A DNA stretch of 64,000 nucleotides from Chlamydiota bacterium (GCA_048498835.1 JBEHXF010000001.1:1-64000), one strand, 5' to 3'; positions 9,001-19,760 are shown, counted from the stretch's first letter. Translations and numbers: made by a program. Notes: a model not told the origin generated them from the letters alone.

Positions 9001-9885
9001 TTAAATATGACCTAAACTAGAACCAAAACGGCACAGAGTTTCAAGCCCTTTTCGGGTGTTTTCCACTAAATCGGCGTCAAACTGCACTCGACCCTTCTCA
9101 AACAACAAGACAATGCAAGAGCCACCAAACTCAAAATAGCCCTTCTCTTGCCCTTTCGCGACCCGCTCTCCCGGCTCGTATGTTTGCTGCACAGAACCAA
9201 CCGATGTCGCGCCAATCTCAATAAACAAAACCGTGCCGAATTTTTCCGTCTCGATTTCTGTGACAAATCGCTTATTTTGCGACAAAATTTGGATCCTCTT
9301 CTTCAACGCAATCGGATTCACCGAATAGAGAAAACCGTTGATTAATTTCGCCTCTCCCGGCACTCCTTCACAAGGAAAATGAAACCGGTGATAGTCAACC
9401 GGACACAACCTCGCAATCACCATCGAACCTTCTGAAAATCTCTTTCCATAAGCTCGATCTTGCAAAAATTCTGCCAAACAAAATTCCTGTCCCTTTGCAA
9501 AAAAGCGATCGAATTTTGGATAGACGAAATAGCGCCCATCTGCTGGACAAGCCACCCGATCAGGCTCAGCCACAACAGGCCTGCATTTCGGGTTTAATTT
9601 TCGGATGAAAAAATCGTTAAAAGAGTTAAACTCATGAGAAGCAAATTCGCTTGTATCAATGCCAAACAAGCGAATAAATGGCGCAACTTTTGCTCGACTA
9701 GAAGCCCGCTTCATATGCCAGCCATATACCCGAGAAGCCAAAGGCCATCTCGATAAGAGAGGAAGGAGAGTTCGATAGAGAAACCAGGAAAAAAAGCCTG
9801 TGCCATAGAGAAGATTGAGAATCCTCTGCCCAAACACCTTTTCCGTACAAACTGTGCCGCTTTTTCGATCGATATAATGAATCAT
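9001..9885 (-). CDS. psd: Phosphatidylserine decarboxylase proenzyme
   Basis: SFNDFFIR, PADG, RLCPVDYHRFHFP, FGGS self-cleavage site. Start chosen at ATG 9885. Confidence 0.93.
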   Translation of the reverse strand: MIHYIDRKSGTVCTEKVFGQRILNLLYGTGFFSWFLYRTLLPLLSRWPLASRVYGWHMKRASSRAKVAPFIRLFGIDTSEFASHEFNSFNDFFIRKLNPKCRPVVAEPDRVACPADGRYFVYPKFDRFFAKGQEFCLAEFLQDRAYGKRFSEGSMVIARLCPVDYHRFHFPCEGVPGEAKLINGFLYSVNPIALKKRIQILSQNKRFVTEIETEKFGTVLFIEIGATSVGSVQQTYEPGERVAKGQEKGYFEFGGSCIVLLFEKGRVQFDADLVENTRKGLETLCRFGSSLGHI

Positions 9886-10037
9886 AAAATGAATTGTAAC
9901 GGAATATACCAATTTTTGTATTCAAAACAATGCTATTTAATTAAACAAATCAATATTTTTGATGATAATCTTTAACCTTGTGAGAAAAGTCAAAGCCTAT
10001 TAAAATTTTCTCAAAAATCCAGGACAAAGCGACCATC

Positions 10038-12959
10038 ATGTTTGGACTTCTAAAAAAAATATTCGGCACGCAACAGACCCGCATCCTCAAAAAATACTGG
10101 AAACTCGTCCCTCAAGTAAATACTTGGGAAGAGCGCTATCAGCGCCTCACGGACGACGAAATTCGTCAAAAAACAATTGAATTCAAGGAAAGATTTGCCA
10201 AAGGTGAATCCCTTGAATCGCTCCTCCCAGAAGCCTTTGGGGCGGTCAAAAACGTCTGCCGTAGGCTCTGCGGCACAGAAGTTCACGTTTCAGGCTATGA
10301 GCAAAAATGGGACATGATCCCCTATGACGTCCAAATCTTGGGCGCCATCGCCATGTTTAACGGCTCCATTGCCGAAATGCAGACAGGGGAAGGCAAGACC
10401 CTCACCGCCTCCATGCCCCTCTACCTCCACGCGATCACCGGCAAGCCTGTCCACCTCGTCACAGTGAACGATTACCTCGCCAAACGCGACTGCGACTGGA
10501 TCGGCTCGATCTTCCGCAAACTCGGCCTCACCGTCGCCTCCCTGACAAATGACGTTCCTCCCTACAAACGGAAAGAGACCTACGCCTGCGATATCGTCTA
10601 CGGAACAGCCTCAGAATTTGGCTTCGATTATCTGCGCGACAATTCGATGGCGATGAAAAAAAACGAACAAGTCCAGCGCGGCCACTACTTCGCGATGATC
10701 GACGAAATTGACTCGATCCTCATCGATGAAGCCCGCACTCCGCTCATCATCTCCGGCCCCGTACCAGAAAGCCGCCAAATGTATGACGAACTCAAAGACG
10801 GCGTCTCCCACCTCGTCCGAATGCAGCGAGACCTGTGCAACCGCATCGCCTCCGATGCGCGCCGTACCCTCGAAACACTCGGCCTTCTCGAAGAAACCAC
10901 CAACGCAGCAAAGCTCTCCAAAGCAGAAGAAGAGCAAAAAAAAGAAGCCTTCCGCAAGCTCTGGCTCGTCGGCAAAGGAACTCCGCGCAATAAAATCCTC
11001 AAGCGCCTCAAAGAAAATCCCGACTTCCGTGCTGAAATCGACAAATGGGAAACCTTCTACTTCGGCGAAACCAACAAAGAAGAGAAGTTTGCTCAGCTCG
11101 CAGAGCTCTGCATGGTCGTCGATGAGCGAAACAACGAATACGAACTCACCGACAAAGGGATCCACTCCTGGATCGACTTCAAGCAAGGTGTCGGCACAGA
11201 CGACTTCGTCATGCTCGATCTCGGACACGAATACGCATCCATCGATCAAAACCCAGCTCTCTCGGAACAAGAGAAGATGCAGGCAAAAATCGCCCTACGC
11301 GAAGAAGACTCCAAACGCAAAGAGCGCTCCCACAACCTGCGCCAAATGCTCCGCGCCCATCTTCTGATGGAAAAAGACGTCGACTACATCGTCCAAGACA
11401 ACAAAATCGTCATCATCGATGAGAACACAGGACGCCCACAACCGGGACGCCGCTTCTCCGACGGTCTCCACCAGGCGATCGAGGCGAAAGAAGATGTCGA
11501 AATCCAAGGAGAGACGCAAACTTACGCGACCATCACTCTTCAAAATTACTTCCGCCTCCATGAGCGCATCGCCGGCATGACCGGTACAGCAATGACCGAG
11601 GCAAACGAGTTTAAAGAGATCTACAAACTCGACGTCCTAGAAATCCCAACCTATCGCGACTGCGCACGCGTTGATTTCGATGACGAGATCTACATGACGG
11701 AACGGGAAAAGTACAACGCGATCCTCAAAGAAATTCGCGAAATACACGAAAAAGGACGCCCGATCCTCATCGGTACCGAATCAGTTGAAGTATCGGAAAA
11801 ACTCTCCCGAATCTTACGCCAATACAAACTTGAACACACCGTTCTCAACGCGAAAAATCACGCCAACGAAGCGGAAATCATCGCCGATGCAGGAAGACGC
11901 GGAGCCATCACACTTGCCACGAACATGGCAGGCCGCGGTACCGATATTAAACTCAAAGACGGCACTCACGAACTCGGCGGACTCCACGTTCTCGGAACCA
12001 CACGCCACCAATCGCGACGCATCGATCGACAGCTCCGAGGCCGTTCAGGCCGACTGGGCGACCCTGGCTCATCGAAATTCTTCATCTCGTTTGAAGACTC
12101 TCTCATGCGCCTCTTTGCATCGCCTCGCATGACCGCTCTCCTCCAGCGATTCCGTCCGCCAGAAGGGGAGCCGATCTCGGCAAAAGTGCTCAATAAGTCG
12201 ATTGAAACGGCTCAAAAACGAGTCGAACAGCGCAACTACTCCATCCGTAAACACACCCTCGAATACGACGATGTGATGAATAAACAGCGCAAAGAAGTCT
12301 ATGCCTTCCGCAACGACCTTCTCAACGCTGAACAGCCCATCCAAATCGCTGAAGAACTCCTCGAAACAGTCGCCTCCTCGATCGGCGCTCCCTTCCTTCT
12401 CAATCGCTCTAGCGAAAAAGATTGGAATCCAGAAGCCTATCGCCAAGCGCTGATGCAACACTTCCCCGTCCATTTCGAAGAGAACGCTCTCAACGATAAC
12501 TATTCGTCATCGGCTGAGCTAGAAAAGAAAGCATCCGAGAGAATTCTCTCCGCCTTCCAAATCAAGCTCCAGCTTCAAAGACAAGTTCTCGGCTCCTTTA
12601 ATCCCGAGCTACAAGAGCCAGAAAAAGCGCAAGCCGTTCTCCAACAAGTCATCCGCAATCTGATGATCCGCCGCGTTGACCAACTCTGGCAAGAACACCT
12701 CCTCGCAATCGATCATCTCCGCTCGGATGTCCACATGCGCACCGTCGGACAAAAAGATCCGTTGCTCGAATTCAAACACGAATCGTTCGCCCTCTTCGAG
12801 TCATTCTCCGAAAGGCTCCGTCAAGAGATCACACGCGATCTATTTCGCTTTGAGATGATGCCCCAGATGCCGCCAGACCAAGCCCGCCTCCAGCAGGCTC
12901 TCGCCGCACTCCAAAGACAACAACTCGAACAAGCAGAGGCCACCGTTGAAGAAGTTTAA
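10038..12959 (+). CDS. secA: Preprotein translocase subunit SecA
   Basis: MQTGEGKT, DEIDSILIDEARTPLIISG, ATNMAGRGTDI, QLRGRSGR. Confidence 0.99.
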   Translation: MFGLLKKIFGTQQTRILKKYWKLVPQVNTWEERYQRLTDDEIRQKTIEFKERFAKGESLESLLPEAFGAVKNVCRRLCGTEVHVSGYEQKWDMIPYDVQILGAIAMFNGSIAEMQTGEGKTLTASMPLYLHAITGKPVHLVTVNDYLAKRDCDWIGSIFRKLGLTVASLTNDVPPYKRKETYACDIVYGTASEFGFDYLRDNSMAMKKNEQVQRGHYFAMIDEIDSILIDEARTPLIISGPVPESRQMYDELKDGVSHLVRMQRDLCNRIASDARRTLETLGLLEETTNAAKLSKAEEEQKKEAFRKLWLVGKGTPRNKILKRLKENPDFRAEIDKWETFYFGETNKEEKFAQLAELCMVVDERNNEYELTDKGIHSWIDFKQGVGTDDFVMLDLGHEYASIDQNPALSEQEKMQAKIALREEDSKRKERSHNLRQMLRAHLLMEKDVDYIVQDNKIVIIDENTGRPQPGRRFSDGLHQAIEAKEDVEIQGETQTYATITLQNYFRLHERIAGMTGTAMTEANEFKEIYKLDVLEIPTYRDCARVDFDDEIYMTEREKYNAILKEIREIHEKGRPILIGTESVEVSEKLSRILRQYKLEHTVLNAKNHANEAEIIADAGRRGAITLATNMAGRGTDIKLKDGTHELGGLHVLGTTRHQSRRIDRQLRGRSGRLGDPGSSKFFISFEDSLMRLFASPRMTALLQRFRPPEGEPISAKVLNKSIETAQKRVEQRNYSIRKHTLEYDDVMNKQRKEVYAFRNDLLNAEQPIQIAEELLETVASSIGAPFLLNRSSEKDWNPEAYRQALMQHFPVHFEENALNDNYSSSAELEKKASERILSAFQIKLQLQRQVLGSFNPELQEPEKAQAVLQQVIRNLMIRRVDQLWQEHLLAIDHLRSDVHMRTVGQKDPLLEFKHESFALFESFSERLRQEITRDLFRFEMMPQMPPDQARLQQALAALQRQQLEQAEATVEEV

Positions 12960-13503
12960 AACCCTCCTTCTTCTCCTGATCGCCTTCTCCTTTGTAGCCA
13001 CCCTCTTTGCTGAAGACCCCGCGCCCAAACAACAGGCAGCGGGGCTCACTTCTTACGGCGCTGAAACCATCGACACACTCAACGCCTCAGGCCTCATCAA
13101 ACTCAACGGAACGACCATCCGCACCCTAGCCCAAGTTCGTGGCAGTCTTCTCGCCACATCGGCCCGCCTCTCTTCCCTCGAAGTCTATGGCGAAGCCAAT
13201 CTCAACAATACAACCCTCTCTCAACCCTCCACCATTATCGGATATCTCCGCGCACAAAACTCCAACTTTCCATCCCTTCTCACCCTTGGCGCACAAAAAG
13301 CTACCTTCACAGCATGCAAACTCTCTTCGCTCACCATCCGCAAAGATGACAGCTTTAAAGGGAAACAAATCATTGAATTGAAACAAGGAACGGAAGTGAC
13401 CGGTCCGATCACCTTTGAATCAGGAAAAGGGGAAGTGCACGTCTACTCAACTTCCCACGTCTATCAGCCCATCACGGGTGGCAAACTCATCAAGAAAAAC
13501 TAA
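12946..13503 (+). CDS. Exported hypothetical protein, probable beta-helix
   Basis: TTG start overlapping the secA end; classic signal peptide MKKFKTLLLLLIAFSFVATLFA; short Gly-punctuated beta strands. Confidence 0.65.
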   Translation: MKKFKTLLLLLIAFSFVATLFAEDPAPKQQAAGLTSYGAETIDTLNASGLIKLNGTTIRTLAQVRGSLLATSARLSSLEVYGEANLNNTTLSQPSTIIGYLRAQNSNFPSLLTLGAQKATFTACKLSSLTIRKDDSFKGKQIIELKQGTEVTGPITFESGKGEVHVYSTSHVYQPITGGKLIKKN

Positions 13504-13997
13504 AGTACCGTACAAAAACCAGTTTTCAGCTTCTCTACAGTTGGATGATTAGAATTGTCTATGATGCTGTAGTGAACGACAACACCTTGAACAGATTTCT
13601 GAGAAGAACTCAGCTTTTGAACATCTTTCAACGCTTCGACATTTCGTTTTAATTCTTCTAAAACTGAAGAAAATTGATCAGGAGTAATCACTCTACTCTC
13701 TTCACCTAAAGTAAACACTTTCGAATCTACAAACTGACCATTTACAGAAACCACTCGATTTTGACTCATCTCTCTCAGCCGCTTCTCAAACAATTGCAAA
13801 GAACCAGGATCATAAACTTCAGCAGGATTGCCAGCTAATGTGTGAATGGCCGACTCAATCGTTTTCATTGCAACAGACTCTCTACCCACTGCAGATAACA
13901 GCTCCGTCACTTGGCGATTTTGTTCCGATAATATTTCAAACGGAGTTTGAAATTGATCACCAGATATTTGAGCATAACTCTTCACTTCTAACGACAT
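13500..13997 (-). CDS. Hypothetical protein
   Basis: 165-aa ORF with a GGGGGTG RBS-like element; no motif recognised. Confidence 0.6.
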   Translation of the reverse strand: MSLEVKSYAQISGDQFQTPFEILSEQNRQVTELLSAVGRESVAMKTIESAIHTLAGNPAEVYDPGSLQLFEKRLREMSQNRVVSVNGQFVDSKVFTLGEESRVITPDQFSSVLEELKRNVEALKDVQKLSSSQKSVQGVVVHYSIIDNSNHPTVEKLKTGFCTVL

Positions 13998-14129
13998 TAA
14001 CACCCCCAAATTAATATTGAATTAATTATAATTGAAATAATTTTTGATTTCAAAACCAACTCAATATCCCTATAAAAAACTCATCCCACTATTTTTTTGA
14101 GATATGATAAAATTCCAATTCAACACTTT

Positions 14130-15173
14130 ATGACTACGACCAACCGCTTTGAATACATCGATTCTCTTCGCGCAATCGCTGCCTTTTTGGTCATCATCAT
14201 TCATTCTGTAGCTGGATTCGTCTTAAGAAACCCTTTCACAACTGAAAGAGATGGTTGGATTGTGGCCGAACAGGGGTTTATCCGACCCGCTTTTGTGGGC
14301 ATTTGGCTTTTTTTCCTCATTAGCGGATTCGTGATTCCTGAGAGCTTAAAGCAAGGAAACCAAGCGTTTATCATCCGCCGGTTTTTCCGACTTTTTCCAC
14401 TCTTTTGGATCAGTATTTTTATCGATCTCGCGGCTACTCTTCTTTTGCATGGAACTCAATCGCTATCCGAACTCTTCGTTACCATGACGATGGTTCCCAG
14501 CCTCTTCGGCCAACAACCAACTTCGATTTATTGGACACTTGAAATTGAGCTCTTATTTTATGCTCTCTGCCTCTTCGGGTTTCTCAACACCTCTTTCTTA
14601 GCTCTCAGCTCAACTCTCCTTCTCTTCCTAGCTTTTCTGCAAAATTTCTCTTCTGCAATCCCGCTAGAATTGGCCAAAATAAGTTTATACTTAGGGACAA
14701 TGTATTGGGGAGCTCTTTGGAGAAAATGGCAAGAAAATCAAGCATCAATCGCTCTTGTATCTGCTATGCCGATCTTTTTTTTCCTGTTCGTCCCTTATCT
14801 TTCTCTTTACTTCGATGACCAATCGTTTTGGCAGTTCACTTCTCTTTCCGCCGCTCTCGGACTCTTTATTTTAGGAACAACCGCTCTACGCCTCAATGTT
14901 TCCTGGCTTTCGTATCTCGGCAAAATCAGCTATTCCCTCTATTTACTCCATATGATCTGCATGCGCCTCATCGTCCGCTATTCCCTCCATCCAAGCGCGC
15001 CCGAATGGATCCAACACCCCTCAACACTATTTTGCCTCTTAGCCCCTTTCTTGCTGACCATTCCTCTCTCGATGCTCACCTATCACTGGATTGAACTACC
15101 CTGCATCGCCCTCGGCAAAAGACTCGTTCAGAAAGTACGCCCACTTTCGATAAATACTTCTCAATCCCCTTAA
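14130..15173 (+). CDS. Acyltransferase-3 family (OafA-like) membrane O-acyltransferase
   Basis: IDSLRAIAAFLVIIIH, FFLISGFVI, RRFFRLFP, WTLEIE, LGKISYSLYLLH, IELP. Confidence 0.9.
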   Translation: MTTTNRFEYIDSLRAIAAFLVIIIHSVAGFVLRNPFTTERDGWIVAEQGFIRPAFVGIWLFFLISGFVIPESLKQGNQAFIIRRFFRLFPLFWISIFIDLAATLLLHGTQSLSELFVTMTMVPSLFGQQPTSIYWTLEIELLFYALCLFGFLNTSFLALSSTLLLFLAFLQNFSSAIPLELAKISLYLGTMYWGALWRKWQENQASIALVSAMPIFFFLFVPYLSLYFDDQSFWQFTSLSAALGLFILGTTALRLNVSWLSYLGKISYSLYLLHMICMRLIVRYSLHPSAPEWIQHPSTLFCLLAPFLLTIPLSMLTYHWIELPCIALGKRLVQKVRPLSINTSQSP

Positions 15174-16094
15174 AATACCCGCAGGAACAAAAATCCAAGG
15201 GGCCAAATGAAACCAAAATCGGGGATATTTCCAAAACAGCGAGAAGCAAAATTGCCGAATTTTTTTTAATTCACTCGCACTCTTTTGGTGAAATAAACCG
15301 AGCTTGAGATGTGTCTTGAATTGCCCCTGCATCAATTGATTCATGAAGGCTCGCTTGATGTCCCGATTCTCAGGACATAACTCTTCTAAAATATCAATTG
15401 TACCCACATCTAACACACACCGTTTATAATAGCCCAAATAAGCTAAAAAAGAGTCATTACCCGAGCGCCAGCCAATTGCTCTTTGATGGCAATACATCCA
15501 ATGACCATGGGTTTGAATCATCTTCCCAATCACTAATAAATAGACAAATCCATTGAAGTACTTTTCAACAGGCACCTGTTTTATCGCCTCCACCCAATAA
15601 CTTTTTCGAAAAAATTGAGTCGATATATACGTCAGATGAAAATACAAACGTCTAAAGCACTCTTTCCATTCTACAAACAGATGATCAGTCGGATAACTTA
15701 CAGGACGAGATACCTCTTTTTTCATCTCTCGATCATAGCCTATTGCCCGGAAAGATATCCCCGTTAACGAAGGATGCTTTTCCAAGATGTCAAAAATTCG
15801 ATCGACAGCTCCCGCCTCTACTTGATCATCACTACCCATCAAGCAACAAAACTCACCGTTGGCTAAATCGATCACACGAAGAAAATTGCGATCGGCACCC
15901 ACATTTTCAGGAAATCGATGATAGTGAACTGCTGAAGAGTGAAAAGAGCGGACAATTTCTTCTGTTTTATCATCGGAGGCATTGTCGGAAATCACAATCT
16001 CAACACCCTCTCTCCACTGACTGAGGATGCTCTGAATGGTATTGCCAATGTATTTGCCCCGATTATGAGTAGGGATACAAAAAGAGAGTTTCAT
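15096..16094 (-). CDS. Glycosyltransferase family 2 (RfbV/abequosyltransferase-like)
   Basis: LSFCIPTHNR, ISDNASDD, ENVGADRNF, MGSDD. ATG 16094 overlaps the upstream TGA. Confidence 0.88.
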   Translation of the reverse strand: MKLSFCIPTHNRGKYIGNTIQSILSQWREGVEIVISDNASDDKTEEIVRSFHSSAVHYHRFPENVGADRNFLRVIDLANGEFCCLMGSDDQVEAGAVDRIFDILEKHPSLTGISFRAIGYDREMKKEVSRPVSYPTDHLFVEWKECFRRLYFHLTYISTQFFRKSYWVEAIKQVPVEKYFNGFVYLLVIGKMIQTHGHWMYCHQRAIGWRSGNDSFLAYLGYYKRCVLDVGTIDILEELCPENRDIKRAFMNQLMQGQFKTHLKLGLFHQKSASELKKIRQFCFSLFWKYPRFWFHLAPWIFVPAGILRGLRSIYRKWAYFLNESFAEGDAG

Positions 16095-17125
16095 ACATCC
16101 AAAACACAATATTTTTTGCGAAAATAAAAGTTACGCCACATACGAACCATTTTCTGTCTGAAATAAAATAGCCAAGAGACAAAACTACTCAAGAAAGACC
16201 GACTAAAAAAAATAAACATTTTCAGAATCCAAACCTTGCTCTCCGAGCCTGGAATCGTCTTCAAAATCTCTACGCATCTCAGACTCTCGTCAAACCTTCG
16301 CTCCAAAGCTGTTTTCAACCCAATTTCCAAGAGATGTCGAGCTAAAAATTTAGCAAAAAAAATCTCTATCCTCATCTTGAGTTCTGTCGAGCAATTCAAA
16401 TGGGCAATAGTCTCTTTCATTTTAACCGTTGCCGGCCAAATGTAATCCACACCTCGAATCAACGACATCGATTCCGAATGGATTCTGAAGATGGCACAAG
16501 GCTCTCTTGACACCACAATTGGAAATTGCGCCATAAAGCGACACAGATAATCGCTGTCAAAAGGGAACATGCTCACATCAAATGGGCCGACGAGATCGGC
16601 CTTTGATTTTCTAAATAGAATCGAGGTCCAAAAAGGAAATTCCCATACGACGATCTTTTTCCAAGTCTCTAATGGGAAATAGAGACCCTCTCGGATTGGC
16701 TTTAAAATAGAGCTGCTCAAGATTTTATTGCGATGATCTAAGATTAGAGAAACCCCTAAAAATAATCCCGCTTCTGGATACTCTTGTAGCTGTTCAATTC
16801 CCGTTTGATAAAAAGCGGGAAGAATCCCATCGTCATCAGAAAGAAAAGAGAAAAAGGGAGTCGTAACTCGTTCTAAGCCATTTTGGAAATTGGCTTGGCA
16901 TCCGATGTTCTCTGGCTGGCAGACATATTCTATTCTTGCATCTTCTTGCATCAATCGTGCGACAACCTCCGCAGTCTCATCTCCTGATGCATTGTCCAAA
17001 ACCAAGATCTTCAATTGAGAGAAGGTCTGTGCCATGGCGCTGCGAATGGCCCTTTCCAATTGCTTGGGACGGCGAAAAGTGGGAATAATGGTCGTGATCA
17101 GAGGAGGCACAACTCTCGTCTCCAT
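16091..17125 (-). CDS. Glycosyltransferase family 2
   Basis: IIPTFRR, LDNASGD, NIGCQANF, FLSDDD. Start uncertain (17125 or 17137). Confidence 0.88.
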   Translation of the reverse strand: METRVVPPLITTIIPTFRRPKQLERAIRSAMAQTFSQLKILVLDNASGDETAEVVARLMQEDARIEYVCQPENIGCQANFQNGLERVTTPFFSFLSDDDGILPAFYQTGIEQLQEYPEAGLFLGVSLILDHRNKILSSSILKPIREGLYFPLETWKKIVVWEFPFWTSILFRKSKADLVGPFDVSMFPFDSDYLCRFMAQFPIVVSREPCAIFRIHSESMSLIRGVDYIWPATVKMKETIAHLNCSTELKMRIEIFFAKFLARHLLEIGLKTALERRFDESLRCVEILKTIPGSESKVWILKMFIFFSRSFLSSFVSWLFYFRQKMVRMWRNFYFRKKYCVLDV

Positions 17126-18006
17126 TCTTGAATGCATAGACCCAAACCTTCTTCTAAATTGATTTTCGGCACCCAATTCAGTAGATCTTTTGCTTTTGAC
17201 ATATCAGCAATTAGTACAGGCGACTCAAAAGAAGAAACAGGACGTTCATCAAACCGACAGTAGGTTTCACCTCCAATTTTTTGAAACGCCAAGGCAGCAA
17301 GCTCCCTTAAACTCACTCCACTTCCTGAACCTATATTAAAAACCCCTTCTTGGTCGCTATCGAGTAGATGTACAAACAATTCTGCAGCTTCTTTCACAAA
17401 GATGAAATCTCGTACTTGCCTTCCGTGAGAAAAGCTATTTTTTTCCCCTTTTAGAATTCCCTGGATGAGAGTTGGAACAAAACGCTGAAAATGCTCTCCC
17501 GGTCCATACACTTGAAAAATCCTACCCCAAACATAGCTGATCCCTAACTCTTTTTTCATCGCCATTAAAAGAGAATGTAAAGCTGCTTTACAAACTCCAT
17601 AGGTAGTAGATGGTTGGCAAGGCGTCTCTTCATTACAGACAGAATAGGACCCATCGTACTCTGTACACGTACCAGCCGAAATGATTCTCCTTCCTCCCGC
17701 TTCGATAAAAAAACGAAACAGTTGCAAGGAAACCTCTATCCAACGGAAATTTTCAGGTGAAGACCAAAATACACCGGGTGTTGTACGCCAAGCGAGATGT
17801 AATAAAACATCTGCTTGAACGGCTCTACAAACTGCCTCTACCGCCTTACTATCAAATAGATCGACCTGTTTCCAAATAACACCTAAGAAGTTTGGATTTC
17901 TTTCCTCCGATGACAGAGCGAAGACCTGATAGCCTCTCTCAACCAACGGATTCAAAACATGCCGCCCTATAAAGCCCGAAGCCCCCGTTACAATCACTTT
18001 TTTCAA
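17098..18006 (-). CDS. NAD-dependent epimerase/dehydratase (NDP-4-keto-sugar reductase-like)
   Basis: VTGASGFIG, YGVCK (YxxxK), VYGPGE, RDFIFV. Confidence 0.9.
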   Translation of the reverse strand: MKKVIVTGASGFIGRHVLNPLVERGYQVFALSSEERNPNFLGVIWKQVDLFDSKAVEAVCRAVQADVLLHLAWRTTPGVFWSSPENFRWIEVSLQLFRFFIEAGGRRIISAGTCTEYDGSYSVCNEETPCQPSTTYGVCKAALHSLLMAMKKELGISYVWGRIFQVYGPGEHFQRFVPTLIQGILKGEKNSFSHGRQVRDFIFVKEAAELFVHLLDSDQEGVFNIGSGSGVSLRELAALAFQKIGGETYCRFDERPVSSFESPVLIADMSKAKDLLNWVPKINLEEGLGLCIQEWRRELCLL

Positions 18007-18533
18007 ACCCTATAATCTCCTCTTTCACGATCTTGAGAAGATATCGCTGAAACTTCTAAAGGCCATTCGATTCCAAACGCAGGATCGTTCCAACGACATC
18101 CACAATATGATTCAGCATGATAAGGTTTAGAAATGTGATACAACACTTCACTCCCATCTTCTAAAGATTGGAAGCCATGTGCGCATCCTTCGGGGATATA
18201 TAAAGCCTGTCGATTTGCTTCAGAAAGAATAATCCCGAATGATTGTAAATAAGTTTTCCTCTCTTTTCTTAAATCCAAAACGACATCGTAAATAGCCCCC
18301 TTAATACACCTCACAATTTTCACCTCTTGATGAGGCTCTGCTTGGTAGTGCAATCCACGAAGTGTCCCTTTTTTATGATTCGAAGAGAGACTCCATTGTG
18401 TAAATTCGACGCAAAGATCTCTTTTTCGAAACTCATTCGCACAAAAGACACGCGTAAAAAAACCCCGTTCATCTTCTTTTATCTCAGGCTCGATCAACCA
18501 TACACCGGCAAGTGGCGTCTCTTTAAATTTCAT
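18003..18533 (-). CDS. rfbC: dTDP-4-dehydrorhamnose 3,5-epimerase
   Basis: DERGFF, GTLRGLHYQ, DVVLDLR, GCAHGFQSL, WNDP, GIEWP. Confidence 0.93.
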   Translation of the reverse strand: MKFKETPLAGVWLIEPEIKEDERGFFTRVFCANEFRKRDLCVEFTQWSLSSNHKKGTLRGLHYQAEPHQEVKIVRCIKGAIYDVVLDLRKERKTYLQSFGIILSEANRQALYIPEGCAHGFQSLEDGSEVLYHISKPYHAESYCGCRWNDPAFGIEWPLEVSAISSQDRERGDYRV

Positions 18534-19760
18534 TCAAAAAACCTGAGGCTCGGGAATGAGAACCACAAACTGACACCCCCAGGATCGGACTCTACTCATC
18601 GTCTCCATTATTTCTTCCCTCAAATTCCAAGGAAAAATAATCAAATAATCGGGCTTTGTTTCAAAAATCTTATCCGGTGAAACCACAGGAATATGACTTC
18701 CCGGTAGAAGGCAATTTTGCTTTACTGGATTTCGATCAACCGTATAGTCAATCATATCTTTTCCAATTCCACAGTAATTCAAGAGAGTATTTCCCTTGGC
18801 AGGGGCGCCATACCCAACCATCTTCTTCCCATCTTGTTTTGCTTTCTCAAAAAACGCCCGAATCTTCAGCCGGCTCTGCTCTACCTTAGAGTTAAAAAAA
18901 CGATACATTTCAAGTTGATCTAGACCCGCACTTCTTTCCGCCTCAAGCAATTTCTCAACAGACCCCGTTTTCAGATGTGTAACATTTTCGGCATGTTTAA
19001 CAAAAATCCGCACGGATCCTCCATGTGTGGGAAGTTCCTCTACATGAAAAATTTCGAGTCCTTGTTTTCGAAAAATTGCGACAGCTGTTTGAATAGAAAA
19101 ATAGGAAAAATGCTCATGATAAATAGTATCGTACTGACCCAATTTCATTAAATTCATAAGATGAGGGAATTCCATCGTAAGAACTCCTTCATCTTTCAAT
19201 AACAGTTTCATCCCCTTCACAAAATCATTCAAAGAGGGTATCTGGGCTAATACATGATTACCGATCAATAAATCTGCTTTTATCCCATTCTTCACGAGTT
19301 TGAGAGCGAGATCAGTATTAAAAAATTCGACCATCGTAGGAATGCCTAGCTCCAGTGAAACTTTAGCCACATTCCCCGCTGGCTCAATTCCTAAAACCGG
19401 AACACCCCTTTCTTTAAAATAGCGAAGCAAGTACCCATCATTGGATGCGATTTCTATCACCAATTGATTGGCGCTAATCTTATATTTCTCGATCATCTGA
19501 CGCGTGTACTCACCTGCCTGCTTCACATAAGAATCGGAATAAGAGGAGAAATAGAGATATTCTGTAAAAATTTCCGAAGGAGAGATTTGCTCTTCTACTT
19601 GAACCAAGAAGCAAGAGTGGCAGACATACGCATGAAGTGGATAAAAAGGCTCGGCAACTAAAGCCGATTCTTTCCTTCGAAATGAATTGGCTACGGGACT
19701 TAGCCCCAAATCACAAAAAGTCTCCTGAAGTGGCGTCGCACAAAATCGGCAATTCCCCAC
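18534..19760 (-). CDS. NDP-hexose C-methyltransferase (Zn-binding, class I SAM-dependent)
   Basis: GTG start; CRFC...CHSC Zn site, EIASNDGYLL, YDTIYHEH, PTHGGS, GYGAPAKGNT. Confidence 0.92.
   Translation of the reverse strand: MGNCRFCATPLQETFCDLGLSPVANSFRRKESALVAEPFYPLHAYVCHSCFLVQVEEQISPSEIFTEYLYFSSYSDSYVKQAGEYTRQMIEKYKISANQLVIEIASNDGYLLRYFKERGVPVLGIEPAGNVAKVSLELGIPTMVEFFNTDLALKLVKNGIKADLLIGNHVLAQIPSLNDFVKGMKLLLKDEGVLTMEFPHLMNLMKLGQYDTIYHEHFSYFSIQTAVAIFRKQGLEIFHVEELPTHGGSVRIFVKHAENVTHLKTGSVEKLLEAERSAGLDQLEMYRFFNSKVEQSRLKIRAFFEKAKQDGKKMVGYGAPAKGNTLLNYCGIGKDMIDYTVDRNPVKQNCLLPGSHIPVVSPDKIFETKPDYLIIFPWNLREEIMETMSRVRSWGCQFVVLIPEPQVF

Noticed and set aside
10611..11367. 219-aa alternate-frame and antisense ORFs inside secA, and similar shadow ORFs elsewhere
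   Set aside because: Explained by codon bias of the real genes; no motifs or RBS.
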